Both the position numbers and the translations under genes were made by a program. The notes beneath the pieces were generated by a model. That model was not told where the DNA came from, did not search any database, and saw only the letters and a list, made by a program, of their open reading frames with translations. Below, piece by piece: positions 24,431-37,360 of a stretch of 64,000 nt of DNA (the first letter of the stretch is position 1; every line of letters starts with the position of its first letter). The stretch covers positions 17,532,165 to 17,596,164 of the forward strand of contig NC_057719.1 of NCBI RefSeq assembly GCF_004010195.1, written 5' to 3'. Origin of the DNA: Chiloscyllium plagiosum. Taxonomy: Eukaryota.

Positions 24431-26329
24431 CTTAGAAATAAAAATCTTTTGTTTCAACAAATATTAAATCAAAGCCATGATGCCTTTTGTCGACCGAGAT
24501 GGGGGAAGGGGGCTAATGGAAGAGAGTTTATGTTTGTTTCTTAATTATGTTTTTCCTTGCTTTCTTCCAAGTAGGGCAAAGGGTTAATAAATAAGCAACA
24601 GTTCCTACTGCGAAGACCCATCTCACTGCACAACCGTTTTGACGTGTGACCTTAAAAAAAAGCACATGACTCATCCCTCACAACCTATCGCAGGTGCTAT
24701 GCGATACTTCAGTTGCGATCCAGCCAAGAGTACGGTTTAAAATATATGAATATCATTTGACTTGAAATGCAGTGACTTCCCTCACCACCCCACAGATTTT
24801 CAAACGTTACACCGTGTCAATAATCTCTAAATCGAAGCAAGATCCTCCAATTCCCCCGATTGCGCTAATCTTCCTAATGACAAATTAGCATTCTTCACAT
24901 TCTGTTTTTATATTTCAAAATTAACACCCCCAGTTCCAAGGGAGTAGGAATCAGCCGCGCTCCCTAATGCCTCCACGGACTGCTTGGTGCATAACAGATT
25001 TTCAACATCCCTTTTAAAACATTTCAGCTCACGAGGCACAAGAAATAATTTATAATCTGGCTATGAAATGCAGCAATTTTCTCATAATATGCAGGGGTTG
25101 GGGGGTAGCGAGGATAGGGGCTAGGGAGTGTCAGTGGGGGTGGGGATGCAGGGGGGAAGTGAGGGGTTGCCGTCGGAAAGAGAGGCTACCCACAGCAAGT
25201 TCTGGTAGCAGGGAAGGCTCCATCAAGCAGCAGATTTGTAGCTTTTCAGAAAAGATTAGATCAAATTTGCACAGCTTTTGAAATGAATTGCTACAAATAT
25301 CCAAAATGATTTTTGTCTATCCACTGCTAATTGCTATTCCTAAAATTCAGCCTTCGCATTTAAGCTGGGGATCACTCTAAGATGATTATTTGAATCAAAG
25401 AAAATTAAAAAGTAAAGTCGCCAATTTTGACAAAACTAGCAAACTTTCCCATCAAAGAGAATCCGAGGACGGCAGTGAAATTTCCATTTATTTTGCACAA
25501 GCTCCAAGATGAAATTCTCATGAGATATTGGACATCGCCCTCTGAGATTCTATTAAATCTAGGGAAATGGAGCACAAAATCTTCTTGGAGTTTGCAATTT
25601 GTCCCATGGGATCCTTTGGGAATATTCCCCACCAAAACCGCTAAGTATCAAACAGGATTGCTGAATTACATCTCCTCTGGGATGGAATTTGCAGAAGGGG
25701 AGAAAGCATTTCTTTTGGTGTTGTGTAGCTGATTATTCCCTCTTGGAAACCATTGCACCACATCACTTCAGGCCTTGAGATGGGTTAGAAAAACTGCTTC
25801 CAAGCTCTTTAGTGTAGAAATATTTCAAGATCAGGTGCTTTTAACTCGTTAACTTCTGAAGATCAAAAGTCGCTATCAGGATCAATGTTTAAAATACTTG
25901 CACATACAGTGCAGGGATGGATTATCTTTTGATAATTTCAAATTTATTGTCAAATTTATTGCCATGAATAGCAAAAGTATTGACTTTGTGAGACTCCTTC
26001 ATAGAATCACAGGACCATTCATGACCTGAATAAAGGGAGATGTTAGCATTTGAGACCAGTGGCAAGCAACAAGGCAACTCTCCAAAATCCCGGCTCTTTG
26101 AGCTCATCTAGGCTACTGGAAGAAATACCACCTCTATAAAAAGCTATCCCCCCTGTCAGAGACTAGGGACATTAAAGTTCCCCAGCACACTTCAAGTGTT
26201 AACAATCCTGGTAGCAAAGCATCTACCTGACCTTGGGGAAAGCATCAGTGTGCCTTGAAAGAAGGTGCAAAAGGCTTAGAAAATTAATTGCAAAACAAAC
26301 AGAAAAATAAAGCTTTGATTACTTTCGTT

Positions 26330-27320
26330 CTCCTAATACCATTCCGAAAGGGTTAAGTTTGAAATTGCCATTTAGCAAAACCTGACTAAAATCCATTTAA
26401 GTCAAGACAGAGTCATTTCTAATTGGTAATTAGAATACCAATGCGCACTGGAATTAAGTACTCTGCAGAAATAGCAACAAGAGTTAAATATTTCAAAAGA
26501 AAGTGGCTGGATTGAGAAAGAGGGTCTTCATTTCTCCTCTGAGCCTCAATGGGAAACCAGAACTCGCAGGGTTAAACCTATTTGCCCCGCGCGCGCGCGC
26601 ACACACACACATCCCCTCCCAACCCAAAACAATTTTATTTTGGAACCTAGTCAGGGAGAAAAGGAGATGACAGTAGAAGCAGAACCTCCTCCCCCGACCC
26701 GATTTGCATACACCATTAAGAGCATGTTTTATTTATTTTTAATCAAAACCAATTGACAGAGAAATTAATCAATGAAGTTGAAAGCGCGAGTGGTATCTGA
26801 CCATCTGGGGAATGCACTTTTTCTCCCCCCTTTCCTCTTCCCCCTGCACTTGTCACAGTCCATATTGTGGAAAGTGAACTTTTTTCAAGAGCGTTGAGAA
26901 GCTCCATATGGCTGAGATCAAAGGTGTTGCTGGGTGCATGGTTATGCTTTATTGCCAGCCAGTGCTGTTAATTAGACAACAAGATCAGAGGCAGTATTAA
27001 AATCTAATTAAATTGATATGAACAGATTGCCAAGTGATGTACGCTAATGTATAATTGAGCACCATGCAAATCTTGGTCGCTGTCTTTTGTTTTCCCCAGC
27101 TCTGAATGAATGATGAAGCTATGAAGTTTCGCTGCAGCAGATAAACAAGTTAATGTGCTGAACTAAGGGGCCGGCTAGGAAGCATTACTTCGCCGACTAC
27201 TGCAGTATTAAAGCTGCACTATCCTAAGAGGTTAACAACTGTCCCGGCCATTCGAGACTGAGAAGTGGACTGTTGCCTGGAAGCTGAGCCAAAGTGAGAG
27301 TCTTTGACTGCACACTTAAC
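26330..27320. promoter_or_regulatory. Candidate cis-regulatory / conserved non-coding block
   Basis: No recognisable repeats; CpGs retained; octamers ATTTGCAT (26702) and ATGCAAAT (27064); TCF-like AGATCAAAG (~26915); TGACAG, TAATTA and AGGGTTAA motifs. Conservation is inferred, not measured. Confidence 0.45.
26588..26611. repeat. (CG)6-(CA)6 alternating purine-pyrimidine tract
   Basis: CGCGCGCGCGCGCACACACACACA seen directly. Confidence 0.9.
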
Positions 27321-30300
27321 TTCGAGTCACTCTCTAAGTGCCAGTCTGTGAAGATTGTAGAATACATTTTATTTAAAAGATCAACTTAAGCCCCTGAAAT
27401 AATAATGTACCAGTAATTTTACTTGAAATATAGATATAATTTTCCCATCTTTGAATCTGAACTTGCAGCAGAAAGGCCTGTAATTTTCATTCTCTGACAT
27501 CATTCATTCATTGTTTAATTACAAACACTGTCACCATCTGCTCACCTGTGTACTCTGCATATTGTGACAATCCATTCACACAGCACATCTCAGGAAAACC
27601 ATCAAACTGCATTAAAATGCGTACACTATATGTTACATGAAATAGCAGATGGTCAGGGAGGGATTACCAAAGTAGACATGGCCTCTCATTGGTTTGGGGC
27701 TATATCGCATGAGACCATATCAGTTTCAAACTATGTCTGCCTTTTAGATGCAGCCGCCTCATCCATATTATATCATTTAGCTTCCACTGGAGAGAAAGGT
27801 ATTTGCTGTGACATTGCAATGCAAATTAACATTCTCAAAATCAAAATGATCACATGGATTTGTATTTATTTTCTTACAGTCAGACATGTTATAAATTAGT
27901 CACTAATGAATTCAAATAGAGAACAGAGGAGAGAAATCGTGATCCAAGGAGTGATGCAGTCAAGGGGAAGCTGGAGAAATACAAGTGAGATGAGAATATA
28001 GGGAAATATTGATGGGGTTAGCTGAAGAGGAGTGGCAGGAGGTTTGTGGGGAGTCTGCGCACCAGCCTATTGAGCTAAATGACTTATTTCTGTTCTGTAA
28101 ACGCTATCTAATAGGCTAAGGACAGACCTCAGGACACAGCTGTTAGGCTCCCAAATCTGTCATGTCCATCTTGTAAGACTAGAAACGCTAGCTTGCTCTC
28201 TCTCCATGGATGCTGCCTGACCCGCTGTGACCTCCAGCATTTTTGTTTTCAGTACAGATTCCAGCATCTGCAGTAATTTGCTCTTACTGGTCATTCAGAG
28301 ATGTAGGCTTATCTGGCTGAGAAATGGGACAATCACAATGTGGTCAACTCTACTGACATGGAAGGAAACTTATACTTCAATCTTGACTTGGATAAGCTCT
28401 AGCTAGTGTTTGATTTGTTGCTGGGAGAGGCAGTTCATGGACTGCCACCTTCATGAAAACGAAAATGATTCATCAGCCTGTTTCTGTGTGCACTATCAAT
28501 CAAATGACAACAAAATGAGGGGACATGATCAATAGATTTTTGACAGGGATTATATGGTCAATTTGTTTGGTTGGGAACCAACGAAAGAGGCTTTACAGAA
28601 ATTCCAAAGTCATTGCCCATTTAAGTGAGGGAGTTCTTCATTTGCAAGCTAGCACTATTAAAGTGTTACTTTGCTGTGAGATTGCATGAGGAAAATGCAG
28701 CTTCAGAGGAGCAAATCTAACATCAGTTTCACATCCAAAACAATTGATCTGAGGGTGGATTTCAGACCCCAAAGTCATTTTTATTTTGGTAAAAGAAAAA
28801 TTAAAAATGAATGATATAATGAAATATTAAAGTGATGGTTATTTAATAAAATGATTGTCAATACAGGTGCAGCATTACCAAGATGCATCTTAAGATGGAA
28901 TTAATTAGTTCCTCTCAAAAGTAAACTACCTTCCTTTTGCGTTGACTTGATTATCAAACTGGGGAGGCCCTGCAAAATCTGATTTGATTGTGATTCTGTC
29001 AGAGCTATAATTCCTCATGCACTGAATCCTAAAAACAATAGATCCTTTCCTTGTCCCCAAATTTTCTCTGACAGCTTCGAGGGCCTTCCACACAGCCTCA
29101 CATATAGGCTAAGAATCATAGAGATCTTTTACAAAATCACCCCTCCATTCTTTTAATTGCAGAATTAATCAGTTTACTTAAAGTCGGTTCCTGCTGCTGC
29201 TAGAATAGGGGAGAATTGATATCTAATACAAGCTCGTTAAGCCTCTGAAAGGCAACCTCACTGACAGTGATTTCTGTTTTGTGAAAGCAAATACAAAAAT
29301 AAATTGGCAGAATTCCCGAAGTCACCCAAGCTCTTTCAAGGGTGCGGCGTACTTTCAGTGCATTTTCAGGCCTGATTTTAATTCACTCAAATGCTCATTT
29401 ATTTAAATAGAATTAAAATCAGACCTTAAATGTTCCAAAATAATGATGTTACTGAGCAATGTTTGGGGCTATCTTAATTGAACGGGATTCTTGACGGCAA
29501 TAGGAACCAAAAACCAGCACCTCGGATTGCTATAGAGTAATGCCAGCCAAAACATTGAGACTGCTGGATATTAAATTTGAAACTATTTCCAATGCTAACA
29601 ATAGTTAATCAGTCTGTCAACACTCCTGGCTGTTAATAAGAATTGAACAGCCACTGAGCAAGGTATCACTGGATGGTCAGCATCCATGAACCTGTGTGCA
29701 GCCCAGCATGAGTTGGCACCATCAAGAGAATGTGATTGAAAAATGGTGTGGAAAATGGTGAAACAATGGAGACAATTAGAAGTGTAAAAAAAAGTGTAGG
29801 CTTCAAGGACAAACAGCTTTACAAAGCCGGCTGAGCATGAGGTAGAAGATTGCAGCTCAATGTAGTGGTACTAATGTTGTCATAAACTACAAGAACAAAA
29901 CTTGAGCACTTTATGGACATCCGCGGAACCCTGCAATTTAATTACCTCCTTAAAATCACCATCGACTCCTTTTAACTGTTCAGCAGCAGGGAACCCAATA
30001 GAACCAACTGGATGTTGGAGAAAGTGTATCAGAGTATAATAGTGAGATTGGGTTTCTAGAATGGGTTACAAGCAAATGAACTATGCATGATATATGACTG
30101 TGAAATGCATTCAGTACAGTAAATGCTGGACCTGCAGAAAACTGAAGGAGCAACCGTATATATTGCACATACAGTGACTAAAACAATTCTGGCAAGCTAG
30201 AGACAGACATTAATGAAAATCACACACATTACTGTTACACTGGAATTCCTGGAGTAAATGGATTTTATGAAGCAAAGAAATAGGACCTGTCTGTTGTTGT

Positions 30301-31429
30301 CAGCTTATAGTCCTGGCACTAGAGAGGAGAGATTATTCTGACACTGGGTCTACAATTCACAAAAAGTAGATGTGTGAAAATAAATCATAAATTTCATTAC
30401 AAACAATGAAATTTTTAATACAAGTTTAAAAAAAAAATTCAGAGGCAGTCTTTGCCCCATGATGACATTGTCATCAGGAATCAAGTGCTTTGCAGTTTTA
30501 AAGCTTTGTACCATATTGAATGCCTTTTTACACGACACTTAACAGAAGTCTGTCACTATTATCCATCAACCTTCAGGACACTGTCACTTAGTATAAGAGT
30601 TAAGTGTGAACACAAGCTTAATCGTGAGGAGGCATGTTTCTCTTTTTTTGACAAAAAGCACTCCCATCTCAGCATGGCGTAAGCATCTGCTTATTCAGTG
30701 AAGAGATGACAGTATGAGGGGCTTCAGCATTTTCCTTTTTACATCTAGTGACAACAACAAATGCTCCTAGCTCAGGTTAGCACCAAGTACTGGCAGAGTA
30801 AGAGCTCTCTTTGTATTCTCTTGAACGCATACGTAGGTCTGAACACTCATTCTACATTAGTGAGGCATGTCCCCTTCCAGACACTCTCCTCACGGTGTCT
30901 GAGACAGATTCAGAAATTGGTGGCAATGGAAGTTTCAGTTTGGGGTCGGAGGTCGTGAAATTCAACTCTTTAGGTGTGCAGTTTGAAATTTGTTTCAGCC
31001 GCGTCGAAACAATTAAGAAATTCCAACACTCTAATCTGGATCGCTCAATTGACACTGAAGGCAAACTTGGCCATTTCCAAATGAGTTTTAACGAGCAAAT
31101 ATAAATCAATGTAAAACAACACTGTGCTATTTGCGTTTTCACCTGATGAACTCCTAATCTCAGCCATACTATCAGCATAGTTCCATCCGATGCAGACTAA
31201 GTGATGTCCTATTTGGCAGTGCATAAAGAATGATTTTGTAAGTGATGCCTGTAACTAGGGCCTAGTAGTGCTAAGAACTTCTTTCTGTAGTTTATACAGC
31301 TACTAACCCTTGCAATACTAGCCTGCAAGGCTTATTAGTATTGAGTGGCAAAGGATTAGACAGTAAAAAGTCTTTGGCCTGTTCTTGAGCAACAGGAGTA
31401 CTTTTATAATGGTGAAAACATCCATTCCC

Positions 31430-31792
31430 TCCACCACTAACTCTCAGTAGCAGCAATGTGTACCATCTACAAGATGAACTGCAGATGTTCACCAAAATCC
31501 TTCAATAACACCTTCCAAACCCACAAATAATTACATCTGTACAAACAAGGGATATACTGTAACAACACTACCTTCAAGTTTCCCTCCAAGCCACTCATCA
31601 TCCTGACTTGGAACTATATCGCCATTCCCTCACTGTCACGGAGTCAAAATTTTGGAATTGTGAGTCTACCTTCAGCCCATGGACTGCAGCAGTTCAAGGT
31701 AGCAGCTCACCCCCACCTTCTAAGGGTAACTAGGGACAGGCAGTAAGTGTTGGCTCAAACAGCAATGCCCACACCTCATGAGTGAATAAAAA
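31430..31792 (+). mobile_element. 3' end of shark CR1/L2-group LINE
   Basis: CCAAGCCACTCATCATCCTGACTTGGAACTATATCGCC...GCAGCTCACCCCCACCTTCT...GAATAAAA. Also present at 39150-39540. Confidence 0.7.
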
Positions 31793-31822
31793 TATTGCAG
31801 TTGAACACATCCTTCATTGAGC

Positions 31823-31943
31823 TGAAAGTGGGTACTGCAGTTCAGAGTCAAGATTGGCATGGTGCTAGAAAAGCACAGCAGGTCAGGCAGCATCCGAGAA
31901 GCAGGAAAATCAAAGTTTCAAGCAAAAGCCCTTCATCAGGAAT
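31823..31943 (-). mobile_element. PLE terminal-repeat fragment with degenerate hammerhead
   Basis: Minus strand reads CCTGATGAAGGGCTTTTGCTTGAAACTTTGATTTTCCTGCTTCTCGGATGCTGCCTGACCTGCTG. Confidence 0.8.
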
Positions 31944-33274
31944 TCTTAATTGACTCTATGGTGCTTTGGGATGCTCTATAAATGCAAGTTCTTTCTTTAA
32001 GGAAGATACTTTTATACAAATCTCACTGGAGAATAATGAAAGACCCAGGGAATAGAGATATTGCTGCTTTAGATTACAATGTTCTTGGTAAATAAGTCCT
32101 CTGCAAAGAAAAAGTATTAAAACCTTTTCCCTTGACGAATGGCATCTGCTCTCTGTTATCCAGATTTAATGACATTTTACTGTCGTTTCTGCTCTGTAGA
32201 CCATGCTTTAAACTGGTGTGCTGTAGAGAAGCCTCACTGTTCTGCCATGCTGGAGAATGTGCTGCACACTGTTTACACTATAACCAGCAGGAGGTGACCA
32301 GACTTCTCTGCAAAGAACACAATTTTCTCCCCAAGTGAATTGAGGGGATATGAGTGGGGCACATTTGGTTAACACATTTAACCTAGTGGGTGCTAATAGC
32401 AAAGTGCTGCAGTGCCCTGGTTTATCCCCTTGCAGTTTAGATGTATAACATTTACATTTCCACTGAATTAATATTATGTACTGCAGTAAATGATATTTTC
32501 ACACTTGCACAGCCGAATGCTAATTAGTGATGTGCTCCAGACCATAATATTGACTCCAAGCAACCAATAAGATGCTGATGCTATTGTGACAGAGAAATAT
32601 GACTGGAACTCTTCAGATCATAGCTGATTGTGGCATAGATTAGGTCAGTCCAGAAAGAGGCCATTCAGCTTCTCATGCCTGTGCTGGCTCTATGTTTCAC
32701 CATACGCATCTGCACTTTCCATGGAGTTAATTTTTACCTTCCTCTTTAAGCACGTATCTTGTCTGCTTCCGGCACACTTTCAAGTAGTGCATTCCAAATC
32801 ACAACAATTCTCGTCTTGAGATCTTACTGGCAAACTCCATCTGTGCCGGTGGAAACAGCTTCTCCTTAGTTACTTTAACAAAAAGCTTCAGTTGATCTTC
32901 CATTAAATTGTTTCAACATTCACTGCTCTAAAGAGAACAATCTTAGCATCTTTAGTCAACTGAAAAGCTTCCTTGATGTTGTCATTCTAGTAAAACTCCT
33001 CTAAGCCTGCTCCTTAACATCAAGTTTAGTGCCCAGAATTGGACACAATATTCTGTTAGGATTTGATTAGTTTAGAATGTATGAGCATAACTTGCAATCT
33101 ACTTATGAAGCCAATGTCCGTGTATGCTTTTGAATCGCTTATGCCTCCTTCAGTATTTAATGGAGGTGACTATGGTTTCACTCACTGGCTGGGGACCCAA
33201 CATGATCCCACATCATCTCTTTTCAGGGGTAATATTGAGCAGCAATTTGACTGCCACTCAGGCATTTAACTTAA

Positions 33275-33460
33275 GGAGAAAGTGTGGACTGCAGATGCTG
33301 GAGATCAGAGTCGAGAGTGTGGTGCTGGAAAAGCGCAGCAGGTCAGGCAGTATCCAAGCAGCAGGAGAATTCTGATGAAGAGTTCATGCTCAAAACATTG
33401 ATTCTCCTGCTCCTCGGATGCTGCCTGATCTGCTGTGCTTTTCCAGCGTCACACTCTCCA
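33275..33460. mobile_element. Fold-back PLE-terminal derivative with 16 bp TSD
   Basis: Inverted arms GCTGGAAAAGCGCAGCAGGTCAGGCAG / CTGCCTGATCTGCTGTGCTTTTCCAGC. Direct repeat CAGGCATTTAACTTAA at 33259-33274 and 33461-33476. Confidence 0.85.
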
Positions 33461-35324
33461 CAGGCATTTAACTTAACAACAGTTTGCCTTCCCCAGATCA
33501 CAGAGGAAGTGGTGGGTGCTGCCAGTTTGAAACCCACCTGAAGCCGGGCATCATCACTGGATCCCAGGCAGCAGGTGAGTGATGGTAGGATGGAGGAATC
33601 GTGAGGGAGAAGCGGGACAGAGTGCAAAAGAGTATCAGCAGTATCGATTCCCTCGCCAACCGCAGCCCCCACCTTCCTGGTGCTGGGTCCCTTCGTCAAG
33701 CATCAAGTCCCTTCCAACAAACGATCTCCTGAGGGAAAAGAAGCGACCTTGTGGAGTTTTTCTTATTGTGCTCCCTGCATGATGAGTCCCCTGCCTGAAC
33801 CCCTGACTCCCCAGGTTAACCCCAGTAGCAGTGGGATGAGGGTGAAAGAGCCTCAATCAGCAATGGGGCCAGAACGTTCTCCATGAGCCTCTCTGCTGTG
33901 GATGGAATAAGATGGAGGTGGAAGGTGCCCAGGTCCACACCGACTACCTTCCCACCTAACTAAATACCCTTGCTTTTCAAATTCTCCATCGGCGAGGGCG
34001 CTAAATTCCATCCCACAGTTCTCTGAACCATAATCTGCTTATTTTATTTTTGCACCATCCTACTTATGTTAGCTTTCCTATTCCTCCTGCCAAAATGCAC
34101 CAGCCATGCTTGTCATTCATTAATCCTGTTGACCAGCCTCATTGTGAAAACCAGCAAACCCATTAGCTTGAAATCTGCTCAGTCCTCATTGCTGTGAAGA
34201 GATCTCCGACAACAATTTCTTTCCCTTTACTTCTAATTACTGAAATGAAAAAATAAACCCTGATGTGTTAAAGCAGACTGATTGATTGCAATCCTATCAA
34301 TGACATTTCTCCACAGCTAATTTCTCCAGTGCCTGTACCACTTCTATTGATAAGTCATGTTCTTACATCTTAGCATTGTGATCATGGATTTGCTTAATAA
34401 ACATGTACTACACCAGGAAGACAAGCCAAGGTTCAACGTTGAATAATCTTTCTTTTTTTGTCTTTTAACACCTGCTACAGGGCTCAGGGAAGGTGTTAGG
34501 CTGAACTCCATGGAAGAGAGCATCAATAATTCTGCCAACTTAGACACAGCGTATGCAATTCATCAATGGCAAAAGCCTTAATTCCTCAGGCTACCTAGAG
34601 CATGGGAGCCAGATTAATTGGATAGCTCCTTCAAAAACCAACTCAGCCTTGATGGGCTGAATAGCCTCCTTCTGTGCTGTCTCTGTCCATAATCACAACA
34701 GTCATATTTGCTATTTTAAAGTCATGTTAATCCACTCACAATAAGCAGGATGCTTTTTTGGTAAAGAAGGATTTTTTTGTGCAAGAAAAGCATTGATGAT
34801 AATAAAATACATTGTGATTACAAGTGCTTTCTGTGGTAGCAGCAGTGCTAGTTTAACCAACAGATCGGATGCTACCTGAACCATTCATCTGCCTTTTGTC
34901 TTTCAGGTGCTCACTGACCTGCGATGTATTTCCAACATGTTCTGCTTTCATATCATTTATATTTTTTTGTGTCAGTGTTTTAGAATAACTCATTTTCAGA
35001 GGAGAAAACAGTTTACAGGCCGCTTCAGGCAGTAACAGCACTGACCAAACCTGTCAATAATACTGAATGATCTCTCAGCTCACCCATGACGATAATCAGA
35101 GTTGAGCTCCCATTTAAAGAAATGCTGCCACTCTCTTTGGTTGCTTTAAGTGGACTGGTTATTGATCCAGCTATGTTAAATCCCAATTGGGATCTGCATC
35201 TCCCTGATGAAGCCCATCCATCCACTAGTTAATTGCAAATCCAATATATATGGACATGCAAATGCTCTGGCATCATATTAAGTGGAATGAATGGAGAAGC
35301 TATGTTCAAGGAACAAAGAAATCT

Positions 35325-35690
35325 TTTTTTATTCATTGGATGAGGGCATCGCTGGCTAGGCCAGCATTTATTTTCCATCCCTAATTGCCCAGAGGGCAGT
35401 TAAGAGTCAAACACATTGCTGTCTATCTGGACTCACAAGTAGGCCAGACCAGGTAAGGATGGCAGTTTCCTTCCATAAAGGACATTCCTGAATCAGATGG
35501 GTTTTTCAGACAATCGACAATGGATTCATGGTCATCATTGGATTCATGGTCATCATTGAACTCATAATTCCAGACTTATCAAATTCAAATTCTACTATAA
35601 TGCCATGGTGAGATTCGAACCCGGGACCCCAAAACATTTGCTGAGGTTCTGGATTTATACTCTCGAGAGAAAATACCATTCAGCCTTCCA
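35325..35690 (-). mobile_element. tRNA-derived SINE (second family) sharing the 3' tail of the LINE at 31430/39150
   Basis: Reverse complement of 42865-43205. B-box-like GGTTCGAATC (plus GATTCGAACC at ~35612). Confidence 0.75.
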
Positions 35691-35924
35691 TAAATGCTAA
35701 ATATTGCAGGAATATATCATCAGAAACAAACACCTTTGATAGATCGAAAACATTGAGTTCTTAAAGCAAAGAAAAAAAAACTTTGCATTTATGTAACAGC
35801 TTTCGGGACATCCCAAAGTGCTCTCAAGCTGAGGAAGAGCATCATCATAGTAATGTATGAAATACAGCAACCAATTTGTACACAGCAACCTCCCAGAGAC
35901 AGCAACAATATCCTAATTTGATAA

Positions 35925-37360
35925 TCTTTCAGAAAGCATTTGATACAGTGCCATATGGCAGGTTGATTAGCAAATTAGAAATGTTCAGAATTGATGGATC
36001 CCTGGCAGCATGAATTAGAAATTGGCTAACAGATAGGAAACATGGGGATGTATAGATGGGCATTTCTCAGATTGGAGAGGAGTTGAGAGTGGTGTTCCCC
36101 AGGGCCTGGTGTTGGGACCCTTGCTTTTTCTGATTTATATGGAGATGGGTGTTGAGGGCAAAATCTCTAAACTTGTGGATGATACTCAGCCAGAGAAAAT
36201 AGTGAATTGTGAGGATGATGCTGAGCAACTTCAGAGGGACATTGACAAGTTGGCCAAATGGGAAGACAACTGGCAGGTGAAATTCAATGCAAAGAAATGT
36301 GAGGTAATGGATTTGTTAGAAGACACATGGAGAAACAATCCAGACTCAAATGGTACAACTTTGAAGGAAGTAAACGAGTTGAGGGACCTCAAAATTTGGA
36401 TACTTTACTCTCTGAATAAGGCAGGCAAGTTCAAACAGTCCTTAAGAAAGCTGATATATAAACCCAAGGATTCATATATACTGTCATAGAGTATAAAAGT
36501 AAGGAAGTGATGCTCCATCTCTCCAAATCATTGGGCAGACTACACTTGAAGTACTGTGTTCAGTTTGGGCAACTTGCTCAAAGAAGTATGTTAATGACCT
36601 GGAGAGAGTGCAAAGGAGATTTGCTAAAATGATACCAGGAATGACAGATTTTAGATTAGATTAGATTACATTACATTACAGTGTGGAAACAGGCCCTTCG
36701 GCCCAACAAGTCCACACCGACCCGCCGAAGCGCAACCCACCCATACCCCTACATTTACCCCTTACCTAACACTACGGGTAATTTAGCATGGCCAGTTCAC
36801 CTGACCTGCACATCTTTGGACTGTGGGAGGAAACCGGAGCACCCGGAGGAAACCCACGCAGACACGGGGAGAACGTGCAAACTCCACACAGTCAGTCGCC
36901 TGAGGCAGGAATTGAACCTGGGTCTCAGGCACTGTGAGGCAGCAGTGCTAACCACTGCTCCAAGGAAAGATGAGAGAAATTGGCCTTATTCTCCTTGGAG
37001 CAGAGCAGATTAAGATGACATTACAAGTGTTCAAAATTATGAACAATTTTGACAGGGTAAAGAAGGATATTCGGTTTTCACTACTTGGTATGTTAATAAG
37101 GGTCACAATTTCAAGACTTGTCAGTAAAATAAACTTCCTTACTCAAAGAGTTGTTAGGATTTGGAATGTGCTGCCTGGGAGAGTGGTGGAGATAGATTGA
37201 ACAGGAGGTTTCAAAAGGTGACTGGATAGATATTGAAAGTGATGAAATTAGAGGGCTATAGGGATAGGGCTGGAGAATGGGACTAGCTGACTAGCTCTTT
37301 CTGGAGTTGGGACAGACACGATGTGCCAAATAGCCTTCTGTGCTGTAAAATTCTATACAT
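35925..37360 (+). mobile_element. 5'-truncated, decayed CR1 LINE
   Basis: FQKAFDTVPYGRLISK, SGVPQGLVLGPLLFLIY, KLVDDT, WQVKFNAKKCEV, FLTQRVVRIWNVLP. Confidence 0.9.
36651..36957 (-). mobile_element. HE1-like V-SINE (young) inside CR1
   Basis: Near-consensus reverse-complement SINE with (TTAGA)n end and CpGs retained. Confidence 0.93.

Noticed and set aside
35519..35558. 18 bp tandem duplication TGGATTCATGGTCATCAT
   Set aside because: An ordinary slippage duplication inside a SINE.
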